From Octopus sinensis (taxonomy: Eukaryota): DNA of 64,000 bases. A program made the translations under genes and the position numbers. The notes under the pieces are model-generated. The model worked only from the letters and a program-made list of their open reading frames with translations. It did not search any database and was not told where the DNA came from. The DNA is taken from the NCBI RefSeq assembly GCF_006345805.1, contig NC_042997.1:21700001-21764000 (forward strand), given 5' to 3'. Below are positions 10,995 to 23,206 of this stretch, piece by piece. Each line of letters opens with the position of its first letter. Positions within the stretch are counted from its first letter, which is position 1.

Positions 10995-11440
10995 TCCCCA
11001 TACAGATTCATCCATGAAAACTAGATCATCAGCATATAGGATTTACCATGAACTTCCAGTCTTGAACTCTTCTATGATGGCTTGTAGGGCTGTGGTGAAC
11101 GTGAGAGGACTGAAATATGATGGACTCCTTCCCTCACGTCAAATTCGCCACTGCAATCGTTGTTGACTCTCACATTATTTACCGCGTCTTTCTACTTGGT
11201 TTATATAGCTTTCACTATCCATTTGTCTACACTTAGTTTCCTTAGAGACCACCAAATGCCTAAACGTGGTACCTTGTCAAATGTGTTTCCCAGATCAACG
11301 AATGCCAGCAAAAGCGGTTTAACCTTAGCCAAGTATATCTCTTTCAACTGTTTCACAATGAAGATTGCATCCGTGATACTTTTTCTGGACATGAAACTAA
11401 ACTGCATCTCATCTATGTCTGTTCTGTTATGAGCCAATCA
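10995..11440 (-). mobile_element. RTE LINE reverse transcriptase fragment
   Basis: ORF 11201-11437(-) reads DEMQFSFMSRKSITDAIFIVKQLKEIYLAKVKPLLLAFVDLGNTFDKVPR, matching RT motifs QxGF and FVDL.KAFD.VPR. Confidence 0.85.
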
Positions 11441-13894
11441 TAACGAAAATCATATAAAGACACAATCATATCATACAGTACATTAAATGATAACAAAATA
11501 TTGCACCAAAGCAATTATGATAGATTTGATTGTTCGTTTAGCTGTAATTTGTAACTGTGAGAGCAAAATCCTGTACATTAATTATCCTGTCACACAAATG
11601 TAAAACGTGACGATGTTAGTACATGTGAAATTGATTAGGTATGTATTAAGATCAAACATACATCTTAAATGCATTAATACATACGTGAAAAGAAAGCATC
11701 ACCAGTTTTGAAGAGGTAATTGTACATTGCCGAGAAAGACGCTCTTAGATATCGAATGCAGCCACTGAGGATAAGGGATAAGGAAATGAGAGCCTGATAT
11801 CCTCATCAGTACAGCCCTGAAGATTTTTCTGAGATATCAGATACAGTCACTGGAAGGGATGTTCCCATCTCTGCATGCTTAAATTAAACGTTCAACTAAT
11901 TCATAGAGTATTCAGCTAGTTTTATTCTAATTAAGGCTTTAAATACTTTTAGAATACTTCTTATATATGAAAGCGCAGGCTTCCAAATATTTCTGTAATA
12001 CATCGAAGGTCTTGAATGATGATACGCGAAGAAATTCAGTAAAAAGGCAGAAATGTAGAAAAGGTAGAAAGAGAGTGAGAGTAAAATAATATATGTAATT
12101 CTACTTTTGTGTAACCTTTCGTTTTATACAATATATATTCATATATTTTATATATTACTGACATGGAATATTCCCCTCAGTATCTTTTTACATATAAAAG
12201 CTAAAAGACTGCAATGTTATCTAAATTTTAATTTAGCGAGACTGGATTAATTTGAAGTAAAATCCTTACCTAACAATATTAAATAGCATCTCGTCTGATG
12301 TAATATCCACTTTCTTGATTATTCTATTGTGTTCAGCAAATTTGAACTATCGATCTAAATTCCAATAATTCTTATTTATTTTCAGGGCTTTTAGGCTACC
12401 CGCTCACAGTTTTACAGTTGCCCAGCAGATGGTTATCGAAGGTAATTTCTTTTTTTTTCAGCTTTAACTGCATTTCTAATCCATTTACATATTTCTTTAC
12501 TCCTGTGTTTTAGAAACTACAAGGGCCATGAAGCTTTAAAATATTCAACAATAATAATATTGTCGTGTTTTTTAAATCCCAGATTTGTTTTGAGAGTGCA
12601 TATCTACGACCGAAGACCAAACCATACATATTAAGACGGAAGAGTGTAGTTTAAGGGATATTTGGCAAGAATTTCTAATAAAATCGTGCAACTACACTGA
12701 GGTCCCGTCATTACCTCGAAATATTTGTTGGTTGCGGTGGTAGTGAATTTGTGTAATATGAGATCAGCCCTGATCGAGCTCTACGCAGATAGTCAACCGA
12801 AGGACAAGTCGCGTCTCACAGATCCCTGTTCCCAGTTATGTCTTGTTTCCATCAATACTTCGATATGTTATAATAATTATATAGAGAGTGCGATCTGACC
12901 ATCTTCCTATATTGCACTCTCTCTGCTGACAAGCCAATATTTGTATACTCAGATTTTGATGACAGCAACAACGAAGGAGAGCGGGCCATGTAAACCTGGT
13001 CAGAATATTCTTATTCAGCTATTGTTGGTGAGGTGTATCTCAGGATTGCATGAGCAGCCAGTGATGCAATTGACATTGTAGTTATTCTGTGTATATGTGG
13101 TCTAATGTTTTTCTGGGCCTAAACTGAGGTGAAGAGATTGTGTTTTGGCATATAGTTGTTCTAAATTTTCAAAAATTGTATTTATGTACGACCTGGATCT
13201 TTGAAGCTAGTTTTCATGTATTGGGGGGTATAATGGATCTTGAAGTGTGCTATATTGTGCCTTTTGTGGTCCAGGTGGTTCTTCGTTTTTTTGTAACAAT
13301 AAAGAATAAAGAAAGATCTTAATGTACACATTAACTTAGCAACCACTTTAGATATTGTCAGAACCAGCAGGTGTTCGCACCATTAAAAACAGAGAATACT
13401 GGTAGAACACTCCTATAAAAACAGCAATTCGGTGCAAAACATAACAGACATGATTTGTTTTATAAAGAATTAATGCGGAATTTACATCTCTCGTGCCTTG
13501 ACTATGAATTCTCATTTGTACCTATAATTATAGGCCCATTAGGCTATGTACCGACAAATTTACACACAATCTTAGAAATATTAGGTTTTTCGAAATAAGA
13601 ACTAAAGAAACTGACGAGGATATCCAAATTCAGTCTATTAGCGGTACAGTAATAATTTGTTAGACATTACCAATATTTTCAATCTGAGATTCTTTAGATG
13701 TTTCGATGCATACACTGGAGTGTGGATCAAATCATCTAAAGAATCCCAGATTGAGAATATGTTCAACCAACTAAACTACAAATTTACAAACTCCAGGAAC
13801 TTCAACTCAAAAAGTCTTGCCGCTTTGTTAGCGACCGGCTTTAACTCTCTTATGAACTCAAAGAAAAAGCATATGTGCATGTCCGTGTATGAGC

Positions 13895-13939
<45 letters not shown>

Positions 13940-13984
13940 GTGTGTGTGTGTGTGTGTGTGTATGCATGTAAGTATGTATGTTAT

Positions 13985-14335
13985 TGTTCAGTTTTATTTC
14001 AAGATTTCTTGCCAATAGAGAAAGAGCCTGTTTCTAACCAAGATCCAAGACTCCTCCATTGAAATATCAACATCAACAACAGGGTATGTTTGTATGTATG
14101 TAGGTATGTATGTATGTATTTATGTATATATGTATGTATGTATGTATGTATGTACGTATGTATGCATGTACGTATGTATGTATTCTCATGTGTATAGTTA
14201 CATATCTAGACATGCTCATATATATTTAAATGATAAACTTCTGGAAAGGTTTACTGATTTTTACAGTTCCAGTGATACATAGGATCTGTAGTCTTCAAAT
14301 TAGTTTTCTCCTTTCTGGTTTTGTAGTATGTATGT
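13985..14335 (-). repeat. Dispersed repeat family X (copy 2, most complete, ~340 bp)
   Basis: Collinear with 63335-63580 on the opposite strand (gactacagatcc...actgtaaaaatc...gcatgtctag...gttgatgtt...ccttggatct...tttctctattg) and with 2080-2190. Confidence 0.7.
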
Positions 14336-14346
14336 ATGTATGTATG

Positions 14347-14377
<31 letters not shown>

Positions 14378-14975
14378 GTTCTCTTCTACTTGTAGTTATT
14401 TGATATCTCCCTGTTAGGAAGCAGTGGCTTCTCACAAAGATGAAAAGCTCTATTCTTGGAATGTAGATAACAAAACAAGCACATATTTTGAACTCGAAAA
14501 CATTTTGCATGTATGCATACATACACCTTCCACACACGTTTTCTATTTTCGATTCACCCAGAACACACTGATCAACGCGAAGCTATGATAGAAAAAACTA
14601 TCCTAAAGTGCTTCGCAGAATGATTGAACAGAGCGAAAAGTATACTTGAACACACAGCGTTGCCATCATCTATATACAGACAGACTAAAGTTCTTTGGCT
14701 TACATTTGCAATATATAATTAACTATTTCTTTGTAGAATGATAAACGAGTGTGTAACAAACATGTTACAGTCATTAATTCGTGTGGTATATATATACAAA
14801 GCAAAGCTGAATTTGTAAGATGATGGATTATAGATTAATCTGCGTTGACATTTTATTAGTATTTATTTTATTGACCACAGAAAGAAAAAAATAAACATTC
14901 GACCACCTGAACAATAACTGAACATAAAACAGTTGAAATTAAACCACCAAAATGAATTCTTGCGTGTAATAATTT

Positions 14976-15829
14976 ACTAGGTCGTTTCCGTAGCTACGCT
15001 GCTGGTAAAAATATTTGTTAATCATGTACGTACCTTCTTAAATTGTTGAAGTGAAAGTCTTATTTAAAAAATCTGTGTTGTATTATCTATGTGTTGAAAG
15101 CCACAAACACACACGCACACACACACACGTACCCTCATACAAATGCACATAAACAACCAAAGAAATGTGTAGAAGGTGTTAGTGTGTGGTGGGTGTATTC
15201 ACATATTGCTATTTTTGAAGTTTGTTGTGTTGATAGACTTGCACTTAAAATGCCCGCATTTTAAATCAAAACTTGCTTGTTACTATGGTGACAACACTAC
15301 TTAACTATCTATCCTTCACACAGACACACACTTTATCTCTTTTTTTTTCTCTCTCTCTCTCACTGTATTTCTCTGTGAACAACTTGTTTTCTTTCCGTTC
15401 TTCTATTCAAAGTGAAAGTATCTTTTTAAGTCTGTGTTGCATTGTCTATATGTTGAAATACACACAAATACACATACAAACAAAAAAATAGCTATATATA
15501 TTATATACACATATAGCCATTTTGAAATATGTTGCTGTATATTGACAGACTTGCACTCAAAATTCCCAAGTTTTAAATTAAACTTGTTAGTTACTGTGGT
15601 GACAACAATACCTATATATCTATATTTCACACTTTCACTCTCTCTCTCTCTTTCTATTTCTCTCTCTCTCTCATTGTATTGTTTCTTTCAACATCACCTT
15701 TTTCTTTTCTCCTTCTAAAAATACGTTGTGACGTATATTTTGATTTCTCCCCTTCTTTGCCCACCCCCTCTTATAAATTTTGTGACGGACAGACAGACGG
15801 AAATCCGCTTCTGTTTTATAATATAAGAT
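14976..15829 (+). mobile_element. Non-autonomous Helitron-like (Lep1/DINE-type) element with internal ~350-bp duplication
   Basis: Begins actaggtcgtttccgtagctacgct and ends gacggacagacagacggaaatccgcttctgttttataatataagat. 15065-15420 is imperfectly repeated at 15425-15720. Confidence 0.55.
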
Positions 15830-16128
15830 TTCTTGTTAAAATGAAAATATATTGTGGAGCTTCTCGCGATTCATAAGACCAAGGTTTTGAGACGTGACAG
15901 AAAGAAAAAATTCTTATCGAGATAAGATACATATATATCGTCTCATTTATCTAAACTCTAAACAATGAAGTACTCAAATTCATACTATTAACCATTTTTC
16001 TTCCAATCATTTTTAACACGAAAATTTCTAGAAAGCATTTTTAACCGTCGACTCTGATATGATGCTGGTTACTCATACTATTAACAGCAAGTAGAAGAGA
16101 GATAGATTCTAATATAATCGTAAGATTT

Positions 16129-16347
16129 AAGGCATCGAGCAGGTAGAATCATTAACACGCCGGGAAAATTGCTAAGCGGCATTTCGTCCGTCTTTACATT
16201 CGGAGTTCACATTATGCGGTTGTCGACTTTACTTTTCATCCTTTCAAGGTCGATAAAATAAGTACCAGTTAAGCACTGGAGTTGATGTAATCGACTTAAC
16301 CCCTCACCCGAAATTGCTAGCGTTGTAACAAAATTTGAACCCAATAT
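16129..16347 (+). mobile_element. tRNA-derived SINE (major octopus-type family), diverged
   Basis: A-box-like head, ggagttcacatt B-box remnant, and body gtcgacttt...catcctttc..ggtcgataaaataagtaccag. Confidence 0.8.
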
Positions 16348-16564
16348 AATCGTAAAAATTGAATATGTACCGTATCTGGTTTGTTGGACCATTAGCCTAA
16401 TTGTTGCTATTCTATCACTCTTGCATGTATGCAATCAAATGATTGAGTGTGATTAATAAATCCTGTATTCCAGTTATATAAGGACTACACTATTCATATC
16501 CAGGAAACTGAGTCCATTTGATTAGTTTCTAGTATTTAAGAAGATGTACTCTTTCCCTTTCTTC

Positions 16565-16611
<47 letters not shown>

Positions 16612-16734
16612 GAAAGAGGGAGAGAGAATGAGAAAGAAAGAGGGAGAGAGAGAGAGTATGAGCTTAAAACTATTTATAACATATAAAATCTCGAACAGAG
16701 CTGAATTAGTTTGTCGAACTTACATCACAATGTT

Positions 16735-17010
16735 AATTAATTACGGTCGAGAGATCGTGGGTTCGAATATCAGACCGGACGATGTGTGTGTTTATGAGCG
16801 AAACACCTAAGCTCCGCGCGGCTCCGGCAGAAGGTAATGGCGAACTTCTGCTGACACTTTCGCCACAACTTTCTCACTCTTTCCTCCTGCATCTTGCAGC
16901 TCACCTGCAATGGACCGGCGCCCCGTCCAGGTGGGGAACCTATACGCCAAAGAAACCGGGAAACCGGCCCTTATGAGCCAGGCATGGCTCGAGAAGGAAC
17001 AAACAAAAAC
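16735..17010 (+). mobile_element. tRNA-derived SINE of another family (Deu/Nin-like 3' segment)
   Basis: B-box gtgggttcgaatatc, then gcaatggaccggcgccccgtccaggtgggg...gaaaccgggaaaccggcccttatgagcc...tggctcgagaagg. The domain assignment is from memory of SINE superfamily sequences. Confidence 0.55.
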
Positions 17011-17439
17011 AACAATTTTCATCAAGTTCTTCATTCAAATTTATTGTAATCATAACCATTACGTCTCCAAAATCATCTAATTTCGTAGCTTGTGTTCGAT
17101 ACAAATCATAGAGCGCACTATTGAACATAATAATTGTAGTATTTTGATCACATCCACAAACGACATCCTGTTCTTTAAAAAGATGACAGAGTCTGGAAAC
17201 AATTGTAATGCCTTTGATGATGACAACTATACGCTATCAGACCTACACCAGAGTCAAACAACAGCAATGACGCTTATCTTATTGTGGATAAGCAAGCTAA
17301 TCAGTAGTAAACTGGAAAAACAAAATCCTGAGAATAGCGATTAGTTTGTTGTCCCAAAACATAAAATAAGAACACTGAACATGTAATGAAGTACATAGTT
17401 GTCCAGAAAGTAAGGGATATTTATGAAGCTAATTCCGAC

Positions 17440-17677
17440 TGTTGTTGTTATATATATATAATGTATTGAGTATTAAAGGAAGTAGTGAGTACTTAGTATG
17501 AAAGATTAAGAAAATGAGAGAGACTGAAAAAACGTGTTAACGATACGAGATACTTTATTAGACTGCCGTTGTTGTACAAGGTATTTGTTGTGGCGGGAAA
17601 CTTACTGAATGTCCTTGTATCAAGGGAGACAATGGGCAACGTTGATTGTTCATGTTTGTTGTGATGATTATATAACA
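17440..17677 (-). repeat. 3' LTR of the Gypsy element
   Basis: Identical to 21743-21980 except for 2 substitutions. The adjacent purine tract on the minus strand (17678-17696) is the PPT. Confidence 0.97.
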
Positions 17678-17725
17678 TCTTCCTTTTTACTTTTTTATTT
17701 ATTTATTTATTTTTTTTATCTGTAT

Positions 17726-20700
17726 CTACAGGGAATAATTATTCGTCGTCCACTTTTTTGTGGTTTTATTATTTTGTAGTGTTGAATTCTGAAGTTGTGC
17801 TGTTTTTGTTTTTTCATGCGTGTTTGTTGACTTTGGAAATATATTTTCATAATCTAATTCTTCTGTTATGCGAACGTGTTCGTTTGTTTTAAGAATATGT
17901 TGTCTATTTCGTTTGACTGTATTACCTTCTTCTGTTATTACTAAGTATGAACGAGGTTGCTCTAGTTTTTTAATTATTTTGCCCCTTCTAAACCAATTGT
18001 TGTTAAACTTAATTCTAACCGTGTCGTGTGGTTTTAACTCTGGGAGTTCTGTTGTGATGTTTGATTTCTTCTTTTCGTGAGGCCTGATACCAATTTTGTC
18101 GTGTAATAAGTTTGGGAGATTTGTTCGCAATGTTCTAGTCATTATTTGATTTGCAGGGGATGGTGCACCATTTTGTAATTTAGTCGTGCGTAATGCTAAG
18201 AGCGCTAACTGAGGTTCTTCGCCACTTTTGAATGTCTTTTTTAGCGTCTTTTTTATTGTCTGTATATTTCTCTCAATCATTCGCTTGATGATAATGCGGG
18301 CTTGTCTTCGTGTGATGAAAATGCCAATTTTTTGCAAATTTTTTGAATTCAGCCGAATTGAATTCTGGACCGTTGTCACTTACAACTGTTTGCGGAATTC
18401 CGAATTTAGCAAAAGTTTCTTTTAATTTTTTGATTACGGTTTTTGACTGGCAATCATTTATTTCGTGTAGATCAAAAAATCTTGTTGTATAGTCAATAAT
18501 TGTGACATACGAATTTCCAGACAGGTGAAATACGTCTGTACCCACTTTGGTCCATGGTGTAGTAGGTATTTCATGATTTATTAGTGGTTCGGCTGATTGT
18601 TGGTTTTTGTAGTCGATGCAGTATGAGCATGTGTTAATCATGTCTTTGATTTGAGCGTTAATGCCAGGCCAGTATATACATTCCTTCGCTCTCTCTATGC
18701 ATTTTTCGATACCCATGTGTCCGGTATGTATTTCCTGTAGAGCTTCTCTACGTAATGACTTAGGTACAATTATTCTTGAACCTTTTAGAACGAGACCATT
18801 GACGATTGATATTTCATCACGAACGGAGACGAATGGTTTGATGTTTATTGGTATTTTGTCTTTTGGGGGCCATTCTGTTCTTGTATATGTGATGAGTGTC
18901 TGTAGTGACGGGTCGTCTGCAGTGGCTTCTTTATACTCGTTTAATTTAGTGTCGGTTATGGGGTAATTTTTTATTACTGCATGTATGTGCGATTTCATAT
19001 CTTCGTCTGATACTTCTGGAGTATTTTGCTCAAGGTATGCACGTGATGGGGTATCTGCAACAATTGATTCTTTACCAGGTATGTGGTTTAGGTCAAAATC
19101 ATATTTTTGTAATGTTAGTAGAGATCTTTGGATTCTGGGCGGGGGGGGGGGCATTTAATGATCGATTTTTTGAATATTTGCTTCAACGGTTTATGTTCAT
19201 TTTCGATTCTGAAATGAGTTCCGTATATAAACTGATGAAATTTCTTGCATGCGAAAACTATACTGAGAGCTTCGCTCTCTATCGGACAGTAGTTTTGTTC
19301 TGCTTGAGTTGTTGCACGAGATGCAAACGAAACAGATATCCATCTTTCGTTGTGTTTCTGCTCAAGTATCGCTCCGAGCCCATGCTTACTAGCATCTGTA
19401 GTTATTTTTATTGGTAGATCTGGATTATAAAATTGTAGCACTGGTTTTCTGGTAATCATTTCTTTTATCTTTTTTATTGCTTCGATTTGTGGTTTGTCGA
19501 ATGACCATAACGTGTCACTCTGTAGAAGCTGGCGTAATGGTGCTGTAACTTCGGAGTAATTTGATAAAAATTTACATAGGTAATTTGTCATACCTAGGAA
19601 TCTTTGTAATTCTTTTTTACTTGTTGGCAGTGGCATGTGAATGATTGCTTGCACTTTGGTTGGATCTTGTTTTATCCCATTCGCTGGTTAATAGATGCCC
19701 TAGGTACGTGATTTGTGATTCATAGAAGATACACTTTGATTTATTTAACTTTAATCCGTGCTTTCGGATTCGATCGAAAACTTGTTGTAGTCTATTTGTG
19801 TGTTCTTCTAAAGTGCTGGACCAGATTATGATGTCATCCTGTGAATTTCTTGCTCCTTCTATGCCCTCTATTATTTTTGTAATTCTTTTTGGAAAACTTC
19901 ACTGGCGCTGTGAATTCCAAAGGGTAGTCGTGTGAAGCGATACCTTCCAAAAGGTTTGTTGAACGTTAACAGATGGGAGCTTTCTTCGTCAACTGGAATT
20001 TGCCAGTATCCATTAGATGCATCGAGTTTCGAAAAATATTTAGGGTTATGCATTTGTGCAAAAATGTCCTCCGCTGTAGGGAGTTTGAAATGTTGCCTTT
20101 TTATGGCTTTGTTTAGATTCTTGGGGTCTAAACAGAGTCGGAGTTTTCCGTTGGCTTTTTCAACGATGACTAGGGAATTTACCCAGTCTGTAGGTTCACT
20201 AACAGGTTTTATGATACCTAATTCTGTCATTCTTTTTAATTCTTTGTTGAGTTTTTCTTTTATAGAAAAAGGAACCGATCTTGGTGGATGAATTACAGGA
20301 GTTATTTGTGGATCCACTGTGATATGATGTGTTATTGACAAAGTGCCAATTTCTCCGAAACAGTCTTCATATTTTTCTATTATGTCGTTTGTGTTCGACG
20401 AGTTTATTTTTGAAATTCTCTGAATTAGGTTCAGATCTTTAGCTGTCTTTGCATCTATAACTGCGTGCGAGTTTGTTTTTGCAACAATGAATTTTATTTG
20501 TTTTGATAATTCTTTGTATTTAATGACTGCTGTGCATTTTCCTAGCACTTTTATAGCTGTGTTATTGTAAGCTGATAATCGAGTTGAGGTTTTTTGCAGT
20601 TGTGGCTTTGGAATTATATTTTTATATTCTCTGAATGGCAGTACGGTTACGTCTGCTCCAGTATCAATTTTGAATGTTACATTCGAGTTGTTCACTTTTA

Positions 20701-21664
20701 GTTCGACCGTCCAAATGTCTTTTGGAGTCTTGAATTTTTCGATTTTGTGCACGCGGGAATTATTTGCAGTGATCATTTCGAGTGCATGTGTATCGTCATC
20801 TGATTCATCGTCGGTATGTATCTCTACTTTATGTACAAATTTTCTTGATTTGCACATTTTTGCATAGTGTCCTTGTTTCTTGCATTTTTCACATGTCTTG
20901 TGAAATGCTGGGCATTTATTTCTTTTGTGATTATAACCACAATAGTGACAGTTAGTGACGTAGTGTTGACTTGGCGCTTGAAACTTCGCGGGCTTTCTGT
21001 CACTTCCGCCTTGTTCGTTTTGATGTCTGGATTGCATATGGCGAGTTATTTGAGTTTTGGCGCCTTTTCTGTCGTGTTGACTATATACCCTCGAGATTTC
21101 GTTATCTCTTGTTTCGGATGTGGCATTTAGCATCCTTGATTGGAGTCGTGTTTGCTCTGCACTCTGACCTGCTTGAATTGTTTTTTGTAAGTCTAAATTT
21201 GGTTCTCTCAATAATCTTTCTCTTAATCTCAGGTCTCTGATTCCACATATCAGAATATCTTTGGTGAGACTGTCTGTGAGGTTGCCGAATTCGCACTGTT
21301 GTGCCTTTTGGCCCAACTCTACCACGTACTCATCGAATTTTTGATGTTCCGCTTGTCCACATGTGAAGAATTTGTGTCTCAGGGAAGTTATGTTTTTCCT
21401 GGGTTCACAATATGCATCGAATTTTTCGATTACTGTTTGAAGGTTAATTTCTTCGTCGGGTGAATCGAAATCCAGAGTGGAATGGATGTCTCGGCCTTTG
21501 GAACCGATGCAAGTTAAAAACATTGAAGTTTTTACTTTGTCTGGCTTCATGTCACTTTCTGTTGCTATCAAAAAGAGATTGAATTCTTTTTTCCACTTTT
21601 TCCATGCTGCGGCTAGATTTTCCTGATTAAAGTCTAGGTCTTTTGGATGCGGTAAATTTTCCAT
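17726..21664 (-). pseudogene. gag-pol with about 4 frameshifts
   Basis: ATG at 21664 (MENLPHPKDL). Two CCHC knuckles (CHYCGYNHKRNKC, CEKCKKQGHYAKMC), protease IDTGADVT, RT LDPKNLNKA...KLDASNGYWQI...SQDD, RNase H TDASKHGLG...EALS, integrase HTGHMGIEKC...C..C, VGTD, SDNGPEF. Frame breaks near 19888, 19685, 19145 and 18275. Confidence 0.93.
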
Positions 21665-21731
21665 TTCGTCTTTGAAGTATGATTTCAACTTCTTTTTTCT
21701 TTTGGTTTCTGTATTTTGGGTTCTTTTAGTA

Positions 21732-21742
21732 TTCTGACACCA
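21732..21742 (-). other. Primer-binding site (tRNA-Leu-type)
   Basis: TGGTGTCAGAA lies directly after the 5' LTR on the minus strand. The tRNA identity is inferred from known Gypsy PBS sequences. Confidence 0.8.
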
Positions 21743-21980
21743 TGTTGTTGTTATATATATATAATGTATTGAGTATTAAAGGAAGTAGTGAGTACTTAGT
21801 ATGAAAGATTAAGAAAATGAGAGAGACTGAAAAAACGTGTTAACGATACGAGATACTTTATTAGACTGCCGTTGTTGTACAAGGTATTTGTTGTGGCGGG
21901 AAACTTACTGAATGTCCTTGTATCAAGGGAGACAATGGGCAACGTTGATTGTTCATATTTGTTGTGATGATTACATAACA
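21743..21980 (-). repeat. 5' LTR of the Gypsy element
   Basis: TG...CA, 238 bp, followed by TSD CCGAC. Confidence 0.97.
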
Positions 21981-22340
21981 CCGACTACCTTCTGCATTAA
22001 TCGATGAGAGATTTCAAAATGTTTCAAACAAACGCTTCACAATGCTTGATAACAAATCGCCCAAACACGAAACAAAATACTTTATGAACGTAATTCTCAA
22101 ATCAATTTCACAAATGAATTTCGCAAACATGCAAATTACAAACTACAGAAAGTTTCAAGAGAACATTTCATTTTGAGTAATGGAGTTTTTTTTTTTTTTT
22201 TTTTTTTTAAATCCTATACGACAATCTACAAGTAAAATTTTATCTTAGAATAATAGGCAGTGCAAAACATAATAATAGCAGCCTTTTGCTCAGAGATAGA
22301 ATATTCCCATCCCTCGGACATCAGTGAAATGCATATTCTT

Positions 22341-22884
22341 TTCTACTCTACGTTCAAGGCCCGAATTTTGGGGAAGGGGGCCAGTCGATTTGACCGAGAC
22401 AGTACGCAACTGGTACTTAATTTATCGACCCCGAAAGGATGAAAGGCAAAGTCGACCTCGGCGGAATTTGAACTCAGAACGTAAAGACAGACGAAATACC
22501 TATTTCTTTACTACCCACAAGGGGCTGAACACAGAGAGGACAAACAAGGACAGACAAACGGATTAAGTCGATTATATCGACCCCAGTGCGCAACTGGTAC
22601 TTATTTAATCGACCCCGAAAGGATGAAAGGCAAAGTCGACCTCGGCGGAATTTGAACTCAGAACGTAACGGCAGACGAAATACAGCTACGCATTCGCCCG
22701 CCCGGCGTGCTAACGTTTCTGCCGGCAGACGAAATACCGCTAAGCATTTCGCCCGGCGCGCTAACGTTTCTTATTTCTATATTTCTCACAAGGGGCTAAA
22801 CATAGAGGGAACAAACAAGGACAGACAAACGGAATAAGTCGATGTCACCGAGCCCAGTGCGTAGCTGGTACTTAATTTATCGAG
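22341..22884 (-). mobile_element. tRNA-SINE concatemer (about 3 partial units)
   Basis: Repeated gaccccgaaaggatgaaaggcaaagtcgacctcggcggaatttgaactcagaacgt, with tail-to-body junction gaaatacctatttctttactaccc. Confidence 0.9.
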
Positions 22885-23206
22885 TAAATTTAGATATACT
22901 GAAATGGAGCATGGTCTGCTAATAAAGGAAGAAGGAAGTGAGTGGGATGATACACATTAAGCGCAGTTCTCTAAACTATATTTTTTCTCTTTATCTTTTA
23001 CTTTTATATTCATGTTTTATGGTTATTTTTTTTTGAAATTGCTTAAAGTTTCTTTTAAATTCTTTTTAACCCCAGGAGATATATTAGATAAAGACCTTTA
23101 CAATCTAAAATGTATACTCTCATGATTACCACAAACATTTTTATAGAGAATCAAATAAATTGTATATGTAAGTGTGTCTGTGTGTATTTCCGCTATTGTG
23201 CTGATA

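Larger units (their letters stand above)
17440..21980 (-). mobile_element. Full-length Ty3/Gypsy LTR retrotransposon (Mag-like), 4541 bp
   Basis: 238-bp TG...CA LTRs, 5-bp TSD CCGAC (17435-17439 and 21981-21985), PBS, PPT, and gag-PR-RT-RH-IN domain order. Confidence 0.97.

Noticed and set aside
11738-11815. Hammerhead-like CTGATGA-GGATATC...GATATC on the minus strand
   Set aside because: GAAA is absent (AAGA) and stem I does not pair.
13605-13640. CTGACGAGGATATCCAAA hammerhead-like motif
   Set aside because: G12 is missing and there is no stem I or III. It is compatible with chance.
17726-18379. Separate 217-aa gene after integrase
   Set aside because: Its 3' part is the frameshifted continuation of integrase (MIERNIQTIKK...), and its 5' part is an overlapping alternative frame.
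23123-23158. A-to-I recoding of upstream stops to extend the sulfotransferase N-terminus
   Set aside because: Three stops (TGA, TAG, TAA) would all need read-through, and there is no in-frame ATG in this exon upstream.
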